From: Epiperipatus broadwayi
Taxonomy: Eukaryota > Animalia > Onychophora
DNA length: 64,000 nt
Direction of reading: 5' to 3'
Assembly (NCBI GenBank): GCA_028023455.1
Contig: JAQFVV010000009.1
Location: 930,001 to 994,000 of the forward strand
The position numbers were made by a program, and so were the translations under genes. Below the pieces are notes generated by a model that made no database searches, was not told where the DNA came from, and saw nothing but the letters and a program-made list of their open reading frames with translations. Shown here piece after piece: positions 14,113 through 28,000 of this stretch (position 1 is its first letter; each line of letters starts with the position of its first letter).

Positions 14113-16079
14113 ACTAATATGAAAATTCCGATTTTTGTTTTTTTTTCCCTACGAAAATGGCCATTTTGAGCGATGTCATTTATCGGTTGGATGTTTCAGC
14201 ATGGCTTGGGTGGTTCTTGTAATTCAAAATGGCGGCCGTGAGCGCATACTAAATCAGCACCTCAGTTTTTCTAGAAAATAATATCAAATTAGCTATATCT
14301 TTTCCTTGGACTCAAGGTAACCTTTAATTTATAAACTATTTTATATATTTTTAGTGATGTGAGATCACATGCACAGTGTATTGGACTAATTTTGTAATGG
14401 CCTGTATGTAATGGATTAAGGCTGTTAAATTATGGATTGTTTAATGCAAAATGAAATATATATCTGCACACATCTTGATAAATCAGAATAATTATTACAC
14501 TTTTGAAATAATACAATATAAGTACATTTTTGTGAAGTATAATATTTAAAGTGACCAGTTATCAAGTGCAATCCATGATAACATGAAAAGAGTTCATTAC
14601 TATTCAGATGCATTTGTATTTGAACTCTGATGTATTTTAACTCTATTGTATTTAAACTGATATGTTTGAACTATAGAATCTAAATTCTGATATAATTGAG
14701 CACTGTATTTGAATTCTATTATATCTGAGTTTTGTAGTAATTGAACTGTATTATACTATGCTGTAAATGCACATTGTTTTGTTGCTAGATTTGTTTCAGC
14801 ATTTTGTTTACTGTTGTCTACTCTTCCAATTAATTTTTCCATAAGAATCTCTGCTCTCCATGATCCAGAGGCAATTTTAAATGTGTTAGTGATGATACAA
14901 CCATGATAACCTTTATACTTCATATCCTCACCAGTAAACTCTCATTTTCTAAACTATATGTATAATAGTGCCTCCGGTGATGGTTATTAATGCACCTGCT
15001 GTCCATTTCAATATATATCATTTTTAGTGAAATTTATCTTCTGAAAGTGAAAAGTTTAATGAAATGAATAGATAGCTACAAATTTTTTAAAAAAATAGTA
15101 AATACATAAATCAAAGGAGACTATTTTCAAGGTCTAACTTGGTGTCTTGCATTATTGGAATGTCTAGAGATGTCAGTAAAATTTAATGATATTTGAAATT
15201 AAAAAAAAAAGACTATTACTTTTTCTCAACAGTGTTATTGCATTTATATTATTAAAAAACTTTTTTTTTTTTGGGACTTTAATACGTGTGTAATTTTAAG
15301 CAGGAAACTATAGTCCAGATTTATTAGAAATAATGAGGTTGGGTCTGTGAACTTAATAACCTGTTATTATTGAATTTTTGCTTTAACATGGTGATTAACC
15401 ATCACATTCATATTCAAAACAATGTCATAATATGGATGATAAATATAGTCAGAAGCCAGATGTACAAGAGGTCAACATTATGCAAGTTATTATAAGTAAA
15501 TATTATCAGGCATACTATAGATTAATATATTTCTAAAGTTAATATATATCTAAAATTAGATTGTAATTCAAGCATATCAATAGGAAACTTAATGTTATGT
15601 CTTTTCTTTAAAAGCAATAATTATACATACAAACAGTTTTTAAACATTAAAATTTTCAATTTGAATTTTCAAGATTATCGTGTTTATATGACATGAAATT
15701 CTTTTAGAAGTGCATTATGGACATGAGTCTAAGTCTGCTCTTGAGTTAATAATAAAATAAATATAGAGTTTCACAAGCAATATAGGAATTTAGTGGCAAA
15801 ATTTCACAAATAAGTAAAAAGTCTGGAGAGTTTTTGATTAAAAAGATAGTCATTTTCTGACCTATATCACTATTTCTTTTTTTTGAAGCATTGAAAACAA
15901 CACGTGGTCCTGGGAAATGATATCACAATCTTATTTCATCAGTAAATGACATTTTTTACAAAGGGATATCTCTTATTTTAACTCACTCTTAAATAATAAT
16001 ATAAAAATTTAAATAATCCCTTTTAGTAAAATATTCGAAATCTAAATGAGTTGAATCAAAATAGGCCTTTGTCATCTTA

Positions 16080-16330
16080 AAAAGTGGAAAGCAGCAGATA
16101 TTAAGGAGATAACTGGAGAAGTTTTAAAATAAACTATTGAAAATAATAAGTTATCACTTTATCTTAACGATGTTTCATTTTTCTAATTTTAAAAAAAAAA
16201 CAAAGAATAGAAAATATTGTACTATAGCAAAAATACTTTAATTTTTTTATTAAAAGGATTGCTTCCTGTTATAGATGAGTAGTTAGTAGAGATTGAGCAT
16301 GACTTCAAAAAATCAGGAAATACTATTGAC
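16080..16330 (+). mobile_element. Decayed LINE RT N-terminal relic
   Basis: Translates to KSGKAADIKEITGEVLK and later ...PVIDE*LVEIEHDFKKS, resembling KxGKAxGxDxIxxEvLK and ...QxGFRKGRS motifs; frame broken. Confidence 0.4.
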
Positions 16331-16949
16331 ACTATTCACTGTCAAACAAGTATAAAAAATGACCTGGGCAAAAATGTGATGGGAATATATATATAATCAC
16401 CCCACCCCCCTCCATGGATTGTGATATAATCAAAAAAAATAAGAGATATTTTCATTTAATAACTAAAGACATATATATTAGCAGTATTGTTGCTACATAT
16501 CTGCCAATTGCTTTTGTCAGCCACCGAACTAAGTTACTTGTTGTAGTACCCAACAATTACTTTTTTGTCTTGAGTTTACTTAGAAAATTTCTAAATAAAC
16601 TCCAAAATAAAAAATTTCTAAGAAATCTCAAGACAAAGACTCATTGTTGACTACTAGAGCAAATAGTCACTAATAACTGATAGTTACCTAGAAACACCAC
16701 TGCTAACAAATTTTCTTATTACAGGAACATGTTTCCACTTATTCGTCATTTACACATACACACACAAATATATATATATATTGATTTTATTATTTTTATC
16801 ATGGAGTTTAATTCAACTTATTGAAAAATTTTATGGTGAATTCAAAATAGTTTTTATGAGATACCTCATTCAATCATAAAAATTATCTCAGACATTCTAC
16901 AAATGTGGGTTATTGATTGCTCTCTTCATAACTGGTCAAAGGGGCACAT

Positions 16950-18830
16950 CCACTGAGCCTTTTCATATAAAACCAAAAAATCTATTACTTCTTCAATTGT
17001 TGTAAATCAGAATTTTTGCACAGGTTTTAATATACTGCCTCCTATTTACTATCACTTTAAGATGAAGTTGCAAACTTGCAGTTATCCTGAATTTCCAGTG
17101 TATGCCTTTGGTGAAAGTCATCAAGATCACGGCATTACAAAGTCTGACATTATCCTGGGTCTAACGCAATTCTTAAATTTCTTCACTTGCATCTTCACTT
17201 CTTCACATTATCTGTTATGAATTTCATCAATTTTTTGTCTAAGCAAGTCTATTACATGGATGGACTGTATCCAGTTTCACTAGTTCTATTTCTCAAACTG
17301 AATACTCTTCCCTCCCCTCTATAGACCTTTCATCCTATCTCTCTAAGTCCCCATTGTTTATTAAAATCATTAACTCTGTCACCAAGAATAATATGAGCTT
17401 ATTAACCTGCATTCAATCCCAAACTATCAAATTTACTAAAAAAGTTGCATCCACCTCTGATGCCATTATGCTATAAAAATGTTATTGATCATGTCAGATT
17501 TTTTAAAAAAGCCAACCCTATAGAAGTACAGATAGAAATCTCATCTGCTTTTGATTCTGTACCTATTGACTCTCTCATTGAGTTATTACAATCTCTGAAC
17601 ATACCTTTTCCTATCCCATATATTTTAGCTAACCTTTTAACAAATAGAGTTTTTATCATCCTAAATGGCAAAGTGTCCTTGGGATTTAAGCCATCTAATT
17701 CAATTTCACAAAGTTCTCCTTTATGCGCCTTAATCTTTATTATTTATATTAACCCTCTTTTTCTTGAAATAGAGAAATTATTTGGCATTCATATTCCATT
17801 GATTAATAAAGCATTCCTCCAAGAAGTATCTTCCTTTGCTTATTTCCATTATGAAGATTATACTACTCAGTTTAAGCTTTAATTTAACCATAACAAATTG
17901 TCCACATGGAAATACTCTCTGGCAAGAGTATTTCATCTCCTTTCATTGCACCATCTAATAATTTCCCTGGCTTTCTCAATTACAAATCAATAAATGCCAT
18001 GAGAACATCTGTTCAGAACTCTCTTTTCTCATCTGTGGAAAATATAATTAATTCTCTATCCAGAGCATGCCTTTCTCTGCATGTAAAAACCTCTCTTATT
18101 AACATCTTGATTTTTTGAAAAATTATCTATTATATGCTAATTATCTATTATATGACTACATTTAAGAAAAAGATAAGTTCATCTTGTTCCAAATTGATTT
18201 GGAATAAAAAATCTGTTGCGATCAATATTAGAATCCTGCAAAAACATACCAAGGATAATGGCTTTGCTCTTCACTCAATCCCAAGTTTTATTTTTAGAGG
18301 TCATTTAATTCTGCCTTTAAACTTGTTTCTGAGTACACAGATGCTCTGAAATTTGTTTTTGTTAACCCTACTGATACACAGCCACCCAGTAGTGGTATGT
18401 TTTCAATCTATAATCCAATACATTTCTTCTTATATTGATCTGAATCAGAGTACCTTTTCTGGAAAAATATTTAACTGGCAGGTTTATAATATGACCCATA
18501 GTGATAACCAATCTCCACTTAATCTCACTAATAAACAGGTTTCAGGAATTTAGAAATAATAAAGCAACTCTAGCTTTTATTACAAATCCTCTTAATGCCA
18601 ATGTGAGATAATTAAAATTTTCCCCATTTGATTGATATTGATGTGGATAATTTTTGAAGTACAATTGCTGGACTTGACAAGCAAAGATATATGGAGCTCC
18701 AAATTTGTTCGCCTTGGTATTGAAATGGAAGAACTGGAACAAGAAAAATGTAGTCTGCTTTCACAGAACCAGCAGAGTGCTATAAAAAACCTACAGAAGG
18801 CAGGCTGTAATTTTTATTACCTGGAATAGT
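16950..18830 (+). mobile_element. Decayed non-LTR retrotransposon (RT domain, L1/Tx1-like) pseudogene
   Basis: ORF 17445-17882 contains ISSAFDSVP..SLIELLQSLNIP...LTNRVFIILNG...SISQSSPLCALIFIIYINPL (RT subdomains 3-4: KAFDsV and QGsPLSpxLF); neighbouring broken ORFs continue collinearly. Confidence 0.75.
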
Positions 18831-19367
18831 CTTCCAGATTCATATCATGAGTTGAAAAATTTGCATTTGGTATTCTCAGTATCTTTGGATCTACATACTT
18901 ATATGTAAAATCATTTTATTAAATGTAAATTGAGGAAACATATTACTGATACTAACTTGGAATCATGTCTTAAATTAAAAAACACTAGTTACCAACTGGA
19001 CATGCAGAAACTTTATAAGAAAATACAAGCTCATTGTTCACACTGATTAAAACCAATGCTAGAAATTTTCCACATGATTTAATCTACATTTAATAAAGAT
19101 GTAATTAATATTATAGATTGTTACAGTATTTCTTTAACTTTCCTTATTTGTAAAAATATATTCATAGTTCTCGAATAATTTTTAAATTATTGCGAGTGTC
19201 AGATTTAGCTCTTCTGTCTCAAAAGTTTGCAGACCTAGACTAAAAAATAATAATAATTTGCAAATATTACAAGTTATTTTGATCAATTACCATTGTTAAA
19301 AAGGGTGATTACTGTTACAATATATTATATCGGTCGGAGGTGTAAGAGTCTTACCATATCTGCGCCA

Positions 19368-19481
19368 ATTATAACAGTCGGGGTGATCATGAAAACTCTT
19401 ACATATCTGCCGAACAGGGCGCCACCAGGCTATTTGAACCTGGAAAATTTATAGAGTAGGCAGATATGCGCTGTTAAGATC
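19368..19481. repeat. ~115-bp sequence present in inverted orientation at 29209-29328, with a partial extra copy at 19325-19366
   Basis: CAGGGCGCCACCAGGCTATTTGAACCTGGAAAATTTATAGAGTAGGCAGATA is the near reverse complement of TATCTGCCTACTATATAAATTTTCCAGGTTCAAATAGCCTGGTGGTGCCCTG. Confidence 0.85.
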
Positions 19482-19843
19482 TAACTTTTACATATATATA
19501 TTTTATTCTGACCATCAGCCCATGCCACTAACTCAGAGAGATGTAGAGATTTATAAAATATGAATTCTTATCTAAAAATATTTTCAATGTTAAAAAAAAA
19601 AAAAGAAGCCAATGCTAGTAATAACACACACAAACATTTATTAAACATATATAAATTTGAAATTATTTTACTATGTTGACTTTAATTTTTTTTTATAAAA
19701 CATTAAAATTTTACCTTAGATTTTAATTTACACTTTAACTTTTTATTTAAGAAATTCGCACAGATGAATTTAAATATTTTATTAGTGTCAAGTATGAATA
19801 GACTACATAGATTGCATTTGAAAAGAAAATAGTCTATCCCTGA

Positions 19844-20350
19844 TTTAAACTTAGGCCAAAGTTCACAGTCAAACCAAGCCAATCCATCTGATACATCAAT
19901 GTATTCAATGCAGCATGAATACGACAGCACAATACCATACTGTCAGGAATGCACATCTGAACAGCATGGTTATAGAGAAGAAATTGTCTCTTGTCCAGAA
20001 CAGGAATGTTACATCTGTCTGGTGAGAACAATAAAAAAATTCCATAGGAAGGGATTGCGGTCCTTTTTGCCATCTTACTATCCCATTCCATAGGCTAAAG
20101 GGGTGATCCAAGGAGTAGGGAATACGTCTGCTTCCGATGGTCAGAACAAAATGGGACTTATTTTGCCCAAGTGCGGCATATCATATGATCCTGCATGTAG
20201 TGGACCTTCATACTACATTTACTAATTACACCAATATATCCAACTGATTAACCCAATTTAACTATGAAACAAATAACCTAAGATTAACCCTCCCTTAATT
20301 AAACTAATATAATTTTACAAATCTATGCAGCCCTTCATGCCCAACTTATA
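19844..20350. repeat. ~500-bp interspersed repeat; diverged inverted copy at 23869-24386
   Basis: CCAGAACAGGAATGTTACATCTGTCTGGTG vs CACCAGACAGATGTACATTCCTGTACTGG; CTGTCAGGAATGCACATCTGAA vs TTCAGATGCACATTCCTGTCAG; CCCAACTTATA vs TATAAGTTGAG. Confidence 0.7.
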
Positions 20351-21559
20351 TTTATTAAAAGTTTAGTTTAACAGAAAAAAAAATCATAATAACTTAAAGA
20401 ATGAAAAAAATAACTTAATGGAAATGATTTAAAAAAAAATTACATCAAATAAAATTAATTATTAATAATAATTTATGTTGGTCAGATAGGATTCTATTCC
20501 TGTTAAATACTGAAAAGGTTTTGGAATTAAAGTTCTTACTGTTTTGAAAATATTCATTAGTTATATAGTTCTTACTGTTTTAAAAAGGTCATCCTTAACA
20601 GTTGCTTGCAGTTTGGGATCCAGCATTAATTCCCCCGATGTCCTGTGGTCCGCAATATAGGAAAACAATGTCATTTCTTTTTTTTAAAACTGAAGGAATT
20701 GAAAGTGCATCTTTCAATCCCTTCTTCTTCAACTCTCTCCGACATAACACATATCACCCCTCTCTCTATCACATCTCTATCTTCTCTCTTTTTTTATTTC
20801 CAACTTTTTTCCTTTTATATTAGACTTTCGGATCAAGTGGACATTATGTCATGATGGTGGTCTTTTTGTTGAGGTCCATTTCCTGAGGGATTTCTTTTAT
20901 TGGCTATTAGTTTCTATTGTTTTTTCTGTCCTATCTGACCTTTAATTATACATTTTGAAATGCCCAAAGGCTAGTTCACTTGGACTAATTAAAATAATCA
21001 TTTCCATTTTGCACAATAGAATTAATTAGATTATTGTACATTCTTTTTATCTTTAAATCTTTTAAGTTCTTTTTTTTCTGAAAATTTAATTTTAAGATAC
21101 TTTCTTTTCTTTAATAAAGTTTTCTTTTAATAATTTTTCATCTGTGCCATTTTATATATATATAAAGTTTAGATGACTTAATTTTCAATTTTTAATTCTT
21201 AAAAAAAAAAGAGTTTTTATCTGCGAACTTTTATTTTTAATTTTATTTATTAGAATATATGTTACAATATCATATCAAATCATTTCAAACATTAAGAAAT
21301 TTTCAGATTACAGATATAAATGATATATTTTTTTAGTTCATCCAGTTATAATTTTTATTATATACTGACATTTCAGCTTAATTACTCAAGCCATCAACTG
21401 ACTAGAATATTATAAAAATGATTGTAGAGGTGCTGTAAACAATGATTCGTAGCAATGTTAAAATTTCATCAATGGAAAAAAGAGAGAATATTGGATATAT
21501 TGCTTTCCATCCACTTTTAACATCTTGTGGAGGGAGGTAATCATATACATATAACCAAA

Positions 21560-21990
21560 GCCATGTGAAAAAGATTTATGATCCCAAAGATGCACATTTC
21601 ACAATGAACCAGCACTTATCACCTGAATATATTCTGAAACACTACAATATAAAAATAGCATATACTACTTTCAAAAAAATTAACATTCTATCCAAACCTA
21701 AAGATTCAATCCCTCTTAAGGCTCCGTTTATTAAATTTCATATGGCATTTATAAATCTTATGTAGGTATAAATAATGGTTGCATGACTACTAGAAGAGAT
21801 GAGTATGCTAATGCAGTTAAACATCATTCATCATCATTCTCACTCCATTCTTTGGATTCAGATCACAATATTAATTTCCCTAACACTATGATCCTACCCA
21901 AAAGTGATACCCTTCACCAATGTAAGATCAGAGAAGCTGTTGAGATACTGAAAAAGGCCAAATTTCAATCGACAAACATGATGACACATG
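21560..21990 (+). mobile_element. Old Penelope-like element relic (linker plus GIY-YIG C-terminal half), more decayed than the pair at 31-35 kb
   Basis: ILKHYNIKIAY...ILSKPKDSIP, then RRDEYANAVKHHSSSFSLHSLDSDHNINFPNTMIL...KIREAVEILK, matching the PLE RxxEH...H...H.inf.nt.IL...REaiEI pattern. Confidence 0.7.
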
Positions 21991-23868
21991 CATACGTTTT
22001 CCTATTTGGAAAAATATTTTAAAAAAAAAACGCATTAATCTGAATAGTTTCTGACTTCTTTTCAATTTTATATATCTGTTTTTCTATTGATGGAGCTTTA
22101 ACATTGTTATAAGTCAAAGGTTTACAGCACTTCTGCAATCATTTTTATAGTATTCTATTCGTCATCCAGTTGATGGCTTGTGCGATCAAGCAAAAACATT
22201 GGTATATTTATAATAAAAAGTCATATATGGATGAGTGCAAAAAATATATTATATATATACTGTACCGGGAAGCTTATTCAATATTACTTTTACTAGGCCA
22301 TTTGAATCGCCATTATTTACAGAACAGAGTAGCTATTCAGTATATTCAAACTCTTGTACCATAAAATCTATATTTTGATTTTACTTAAAATTATTCTATT
22401 TCAGGCATGATATGCAGTGTTCACAAATCCAAAATAATATCAAGTATGCAAACGATGTGGAATTATTTCAAGCAAAGATAAATAAGCAGATTTATACTAG
22501 TACAAAATCCTGTCTTATTAAGAAAGAGTTCAAACTAATAATTATTAGCTATATTTCTAGATCTTTTTCTGTGTATCAATAGCTATAATGATCTGCAAAA
22601 TCTATCCTAAATAGAGCATTTTTGTAAGATCTCATTCAAATTTGCCTTATGGCTGCTTTCTTAGAAATAATGCTCTGATAAAGTTCTTACAGAGATATCA
22701 ATTTAAAATACGATATTGTAATTCTGATATATATATATTGTAACGGGATATAGATACGTTACATTTAAATTTTAGTACTTAAATTTTTTTTGTTGGAAAT
22801 ATCTAATAATGAATTAAAAGCACAAACATTCGAAATGCACCAATAATGAGTTATTAATTTATTAATAAGTTTAGTTTAAATATTGAAATAAAATAAGTTT
22901 AAAAAAATTATAGAATCGAAGCAAAGATTCTAATTTTTAAATAAATATAATAAAAACCTTTTAATCTTAAAAATAACAAAGAGAGTTTTTAACAAAAATA
23001 AAATTACAAACAGATCCTTGGGGCAAAATGACCATTAAAAAATTATTATGAAATAGATGAGTCGAGAAATAGAAACAAAAGGCTTGTTTTTCCCACCCAA
23101 GATATACACAGACCACAGAGGAAAATCTACTGAATATGTTTGATGGACCCACACATTCCTAGATAAGATGCCTCAGGACTATAAAAGGAAAAATTCAAAA
23201 AAAATAATTAATGAGAAGATTAGAATTTGGAATTCGTTTGTCGTTGCTGAAAACTAAAGAAATTTAAAAAAGTTATTGTCGCCATTACTAAAAATGTAAT
23301 TTGTTTAATCGCGCTTCCCTCGGACTGGCTGGCCGAAGGCAGCTTTCATCTCCATGAATCCCAGGATCGAACCACTAGTAATGTCTTCAGAAATCATCAG
23401 AAATCTTCATAAATCGTCATCATCCACAAGAAATGGCCCTTGCATAAACTCAGATCTTCGTCACGAAGGAACGAGCACAGAGAAAGGAAAGTATAAATTA
23501 TAAATGATAAAAATGAAATATAAACTCTTCAATTTAAAATCTCCGAACTTTAAATATTTGCAATTTTAAAGTCTTATCTAAAATTTAAACTAATCTTTTT
23601 TAAAATATGTATTATATTTTTTTATATTTATGCTTAGTATACGGTCTGCTTGTAATAGGGCAGGAGTTTGCGATTGCAAACGAATTTAAAGATAAAATCA
23701 AACACGTATCATTATTTGTGCATTATTAGATTTTTTTTTTAAAAAAGGGCAAATCTATTATTTGATGTAAAAATAAGTTGAATACAATGTGTAATTTTAA
23801 AATAAGTTAAACATCCTAAACTAAATATTTTTTTTTTGTAATAAATTAGATTAGTAAATTGACTTAAA

Positions 23869-24386
23869 TATAAGTTGAGTGTAGATGGCCAATTATACTC
23901 GTTTAAGTATGTTAGTTTAAAGGGTTTTTTATTTCAAACTATTTGTTTTGTAGTTGTGTTAATGCTGGTGGAGGGATATATGGATGTTTATATCAATGTA
24001 ATGTAATGTTAGCATTTAGGGCAATGTGCCCAACTGAATGCACGACCCCAAAGGAGTAGTCATGGCGTTGAAATGGACATGGAGTACTTCCCAAGACATT
24101 GACCCCTTTCAGCTCTATGGATAGGGATTATAAGTTGGTAAAATAGACCGCTCTTCCATCCATATGTAGCATTTTCTCTCTATTATTTTATATGCATGAT
24201 TCCTTCACCAGACAGATGTACATTCCTGTACTGGTCAAAGGTCATGTTCTTCAAATAATATCACACTTTCAGATGCACATTCCTGTCAGCATGTTTCTGT
24301 GCTACCATGTTCACATTGTATTGGTTGCAGATATATATTGGGAAGCGAGCATTGGTGTGGCTGCGGATTTTTAGCCTGGAGTCAAA
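23869..24386. repeat. Inverted copy of the 19844-20350 repeat
   Basis: Collinear reverse-complement similarity with several shared 10-25 bp blocks (see 19844-20350). Confidence 0.7.
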
Positions 24387-25079
24387 TGTTTTGAAAATCT
24401 TTTAAGTGTGTTGTCTAGGTAGCCTATCTATGCTCAACATTCTAAGATTAAAAATTAAAGTAATAATTATAAGAAGAATGAAACATAAAGTATAATTTTT
24501 TTTTTGTTGTAGTAATTATTTTTCAAGTTTGTGGGTTGTCACATATATATTGTAACCTTGTGTTATTGACACTTGGTTTATTTGGCATTGTTTCCACAGG
24601 AAAACAATGCTATCCTTTTCTAGGAAATAAAAAAGTAAAATAATAATAATATTAAGTGATTAATAAAGTATGCTATTTACTCACTGTAACGTGTTTTAAG
24701 CAAATAACTAATAAATTTAGTAATTTGATGTCATTTTGAAGAAGAGCATGAATAATTTAATTAAAATATAAACAATAAGAGCAATTTAATATAGTATAAA
24801 AGCACATATTATAAACAGTAATTGATTTTGGATGGGTAGAGGGAGAGTAGATAAATATCTTATCATAAAGCACAATAACTTCTGGTAGTTTTTAAATTAT
24901 TTTAGATAATAATGTATACAGAATTATACATCACTAATAAGCATTGTTAATTAAATATATTTATTATTTTTCATTATTTGTCAAATTACTTTGTAATCCA
25001 TTTAAATCATATGGAAAAATATATGACTATAATAAGTTTTTTTTTTCCTTTCCTTTGTTTATGTATAATTAAATGATTA

Positions 25080-28000
25080 TTTTTCTGTAAGAGGTCGCTA
25101 AAAGAAGACCGCCAAATTTTGAAGAAAGTTTAGTCTGACATTAGTTTTACAAGGAGGAAGCAGTACTGAAATTCGGTAACAAATTTTTTTATATTTTTTA
25201 TTGCAGAAATAAATATAAGTCCAGTAAATTTTTAATAATATCATGCGTGGCTAATCCTATTTGATAAGATATTCTGTTTTCTGTGGCCATCTACCTATTT
25301 TAAAGCTTTTTATACGCAAAAATGTACTATCTTATGCTAAAGTTCAAAATGACCGTATTAACTACAGCAATCACGGAAAGTGTCATTATATTTAAATTAA
25401 GCAATATAAGTAATTTCCAGGAAATCATCAATTATTTGTTAACTTTACCTTATTTAATAATCTTTTCGTGGTATAAAAGAAAAATTATAATTAAAAAGAC
25501 ATATTAGAAAAGCCAAGGAAAGTTAACTAGAAAATTTTGCGCTCTTTCTAAAAGAAATTGTCTGCTTTTGAAAATAATGTAAGTTCCCCACGTTAAAATA
25601 TGTTTTATTCACTGAAAATTATCTAGAAATAATATTAATGATAAAGGATATTTACTTATGCACCTGTATATTTTTAACAAAGAAAATATAAATTTTCTCA
25701 AGGCAAATATCGGAAAATTTGTATGTGTGCATTTTACGGAGAATTCCTTATTAAAGAAAAATTACAATTCCTAGAGTAGGAATAAAAAACTACAAACATT
25801 ATTGACTTAATTATAACCATAATATAATATGTTATATTATACATCAATTGGAGTCGTTAAAACTTCATATCCACGTAAGTCAGCTGCAGTCCTTATAATA
25901 ATAGTAATTTTGGAAAATTAGCATATTAGTTTTATTCCTAAGCCAGCTAGCTAAAAATGATACGTATCACCAATAGTAAAAAGAAAAGAATTGTATATGT
26001 GATCGTCTATCGTCAAATATTCGTCATGTTAAAATATGTATTGTTTCTTGGATCCCAAAATTATATCAGTTAATTCAAGGAAGAGTTAACATCCAACGCT
26101 GCTATTTTTTCTTTGCCTAATTTATTAAGTGCACCAGAATGGAGGCAACTTTTATAGAAATGAAATAATAAAATGTTTCTTATTTTAAAATTTTGCTTCG
26201 TGAACTACGAATGGATCAAGTTCTTCATCTGGATAAATTGCCCAACGGAAAACATTTTTCTAGTGAGACAATAAGCACTTGTTAAGTAATGATTTTTTTT
26301 TTTACTAATTTGTAAAATTATGTGTATATTTTTTTTATATCAACAGGTTAAAGGCTGTATAGTCAAGTAATATTTAAATGACCTTGTAATCATAAAGGTA
26401 TGTTTTTACATAATTATTCTAGGTTAAATTTATATTCAACATGAAAATTTTTTTTTATAAAATGTGTTTACTTATGATATGCATTATGGGTATAAATTTA
26501 TATGTTAGATGCGTAAAAGAAGAAAAATTCAGATACTTAATAGGTAAAATATTTAGTTAAAATTATCAGAAGTAATTAAAGAGAAGTGCTATACAGGATA
26601 TTACTTATTTAAAGTTTGAAACAAATTTATACTATGTTAATTGAAGAACTTATTCCCAATTATTCTTTATTAACGCATTCACTTGATTTAGTTCAAGATA
26701 CTATACTACCAATTACTTATTGAATGTTTCTTTGGCAAAGGTGAAAATGATTATGTTTTATTCTGTGTTATCCATTGATTTCAGACGTTGATCTAAGTAT
26801 ACCCCGGAACATAAATTTAGAATAATTAGTGTATTTGCTTGTCTTGCCCTGATATAGCATCAGTATATGATTAATATTCGCATAAGTAATAATTGTAATG
26901 TATCTTTATTTTGTGGGATGGAAAATGATCTCCCCAAAAGCTTGTTTTCCATGAGGGGAATAGATAAAACTAGGATTCGGGTATGTTTATAACCCAAGTG
27001 ATCGCTTCTCAGAGTTAGGACGATCAGTAATTTATATCGTATTTAGTGTATTTCATTCGTTAAAATCCCAGGAGAGGATTATATTTGGTGTGTGTTCCTA
27101 TTATGCCCAAGTAAGAGGCAAGGACCCACCAAACTATTTTAATGTAGTAGTTAATTCTACAGACCTTCAGTGTTATTCCATATTCCTCATGAGAAAATAG
27201 AGATAATTCCACCACGGAAGGTGTTGAATATTGTGTTTTGTTTAGAAAGTTATGGCAAGATAACGGGTATATTGGAGGTTAATTCCTCAAGATCCATTTA
27301 GTAAAAATAGCGTGCTAGTATATATGATCAATGTCTGGATTGTGCGGCGGAATAGTGCTGGTAATCCACCCGTAAGTCAATGGAGAGAGTAAGTTTAAAA
27401 TTGCGTGATTTAGAAATTTTTATTTGCCAATGGAGGGTTCAAATACTAGGTTTAATTCGGGTTAATGATTAAGTAGCACTCACAATATAACTTATACTGA
27501 GAAATACAATGTGTATAACAACTTCAGTGTTATTAAGGTAAACATTATAATAATAAGTGTAACTTCTGATAAATAACCCATAAATTATAATAAGTTATCT
27601 AAATAAAAACTATCATTTAATTAAAGATATGATAATAAAAATCGTTTGTACGTCTTGCCTAGAATCAAATTGTTTTGTTTTAAAACAGATCGTTAGTCAA
27701 TAAAGTTAAGTAACCGTTCATATAAGATACACTAAACGGATGAGTTGATGTATCGATAATAATATTTATTTTGTTATATTCAATTTGCATAAATGTAAAA
27801 AGAAGATGAAGAAGTAGTTCGAATCCAGGTCTAAAAGCATAGACGAATTGTTAGTTATATTTTGTTTTATCCATATGGGATCGAATAAATTGTATATGTT
27901 TGTTTATTATGTTAATCATAAAGGATAGTTTTGTTAAACTGTAATAATAAATTAGAATCTTGTTAAAATTTAATAATAAATTATAGTCTTGTTACAAGTT

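Larger units (their letters stand above)
11103..15003 (+). repeat. Copy B of the local direct duplication, split by a ~2.2 kb insertion at ~12010-14255
   Basis: Collinear similarity to 5153-6137 and 8517-9115. Homology stops after AAAACCATTAAAGAATT (~11995) and resumes at TAGAAAATAATATCAA (~14272). Confidence 0.85.
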
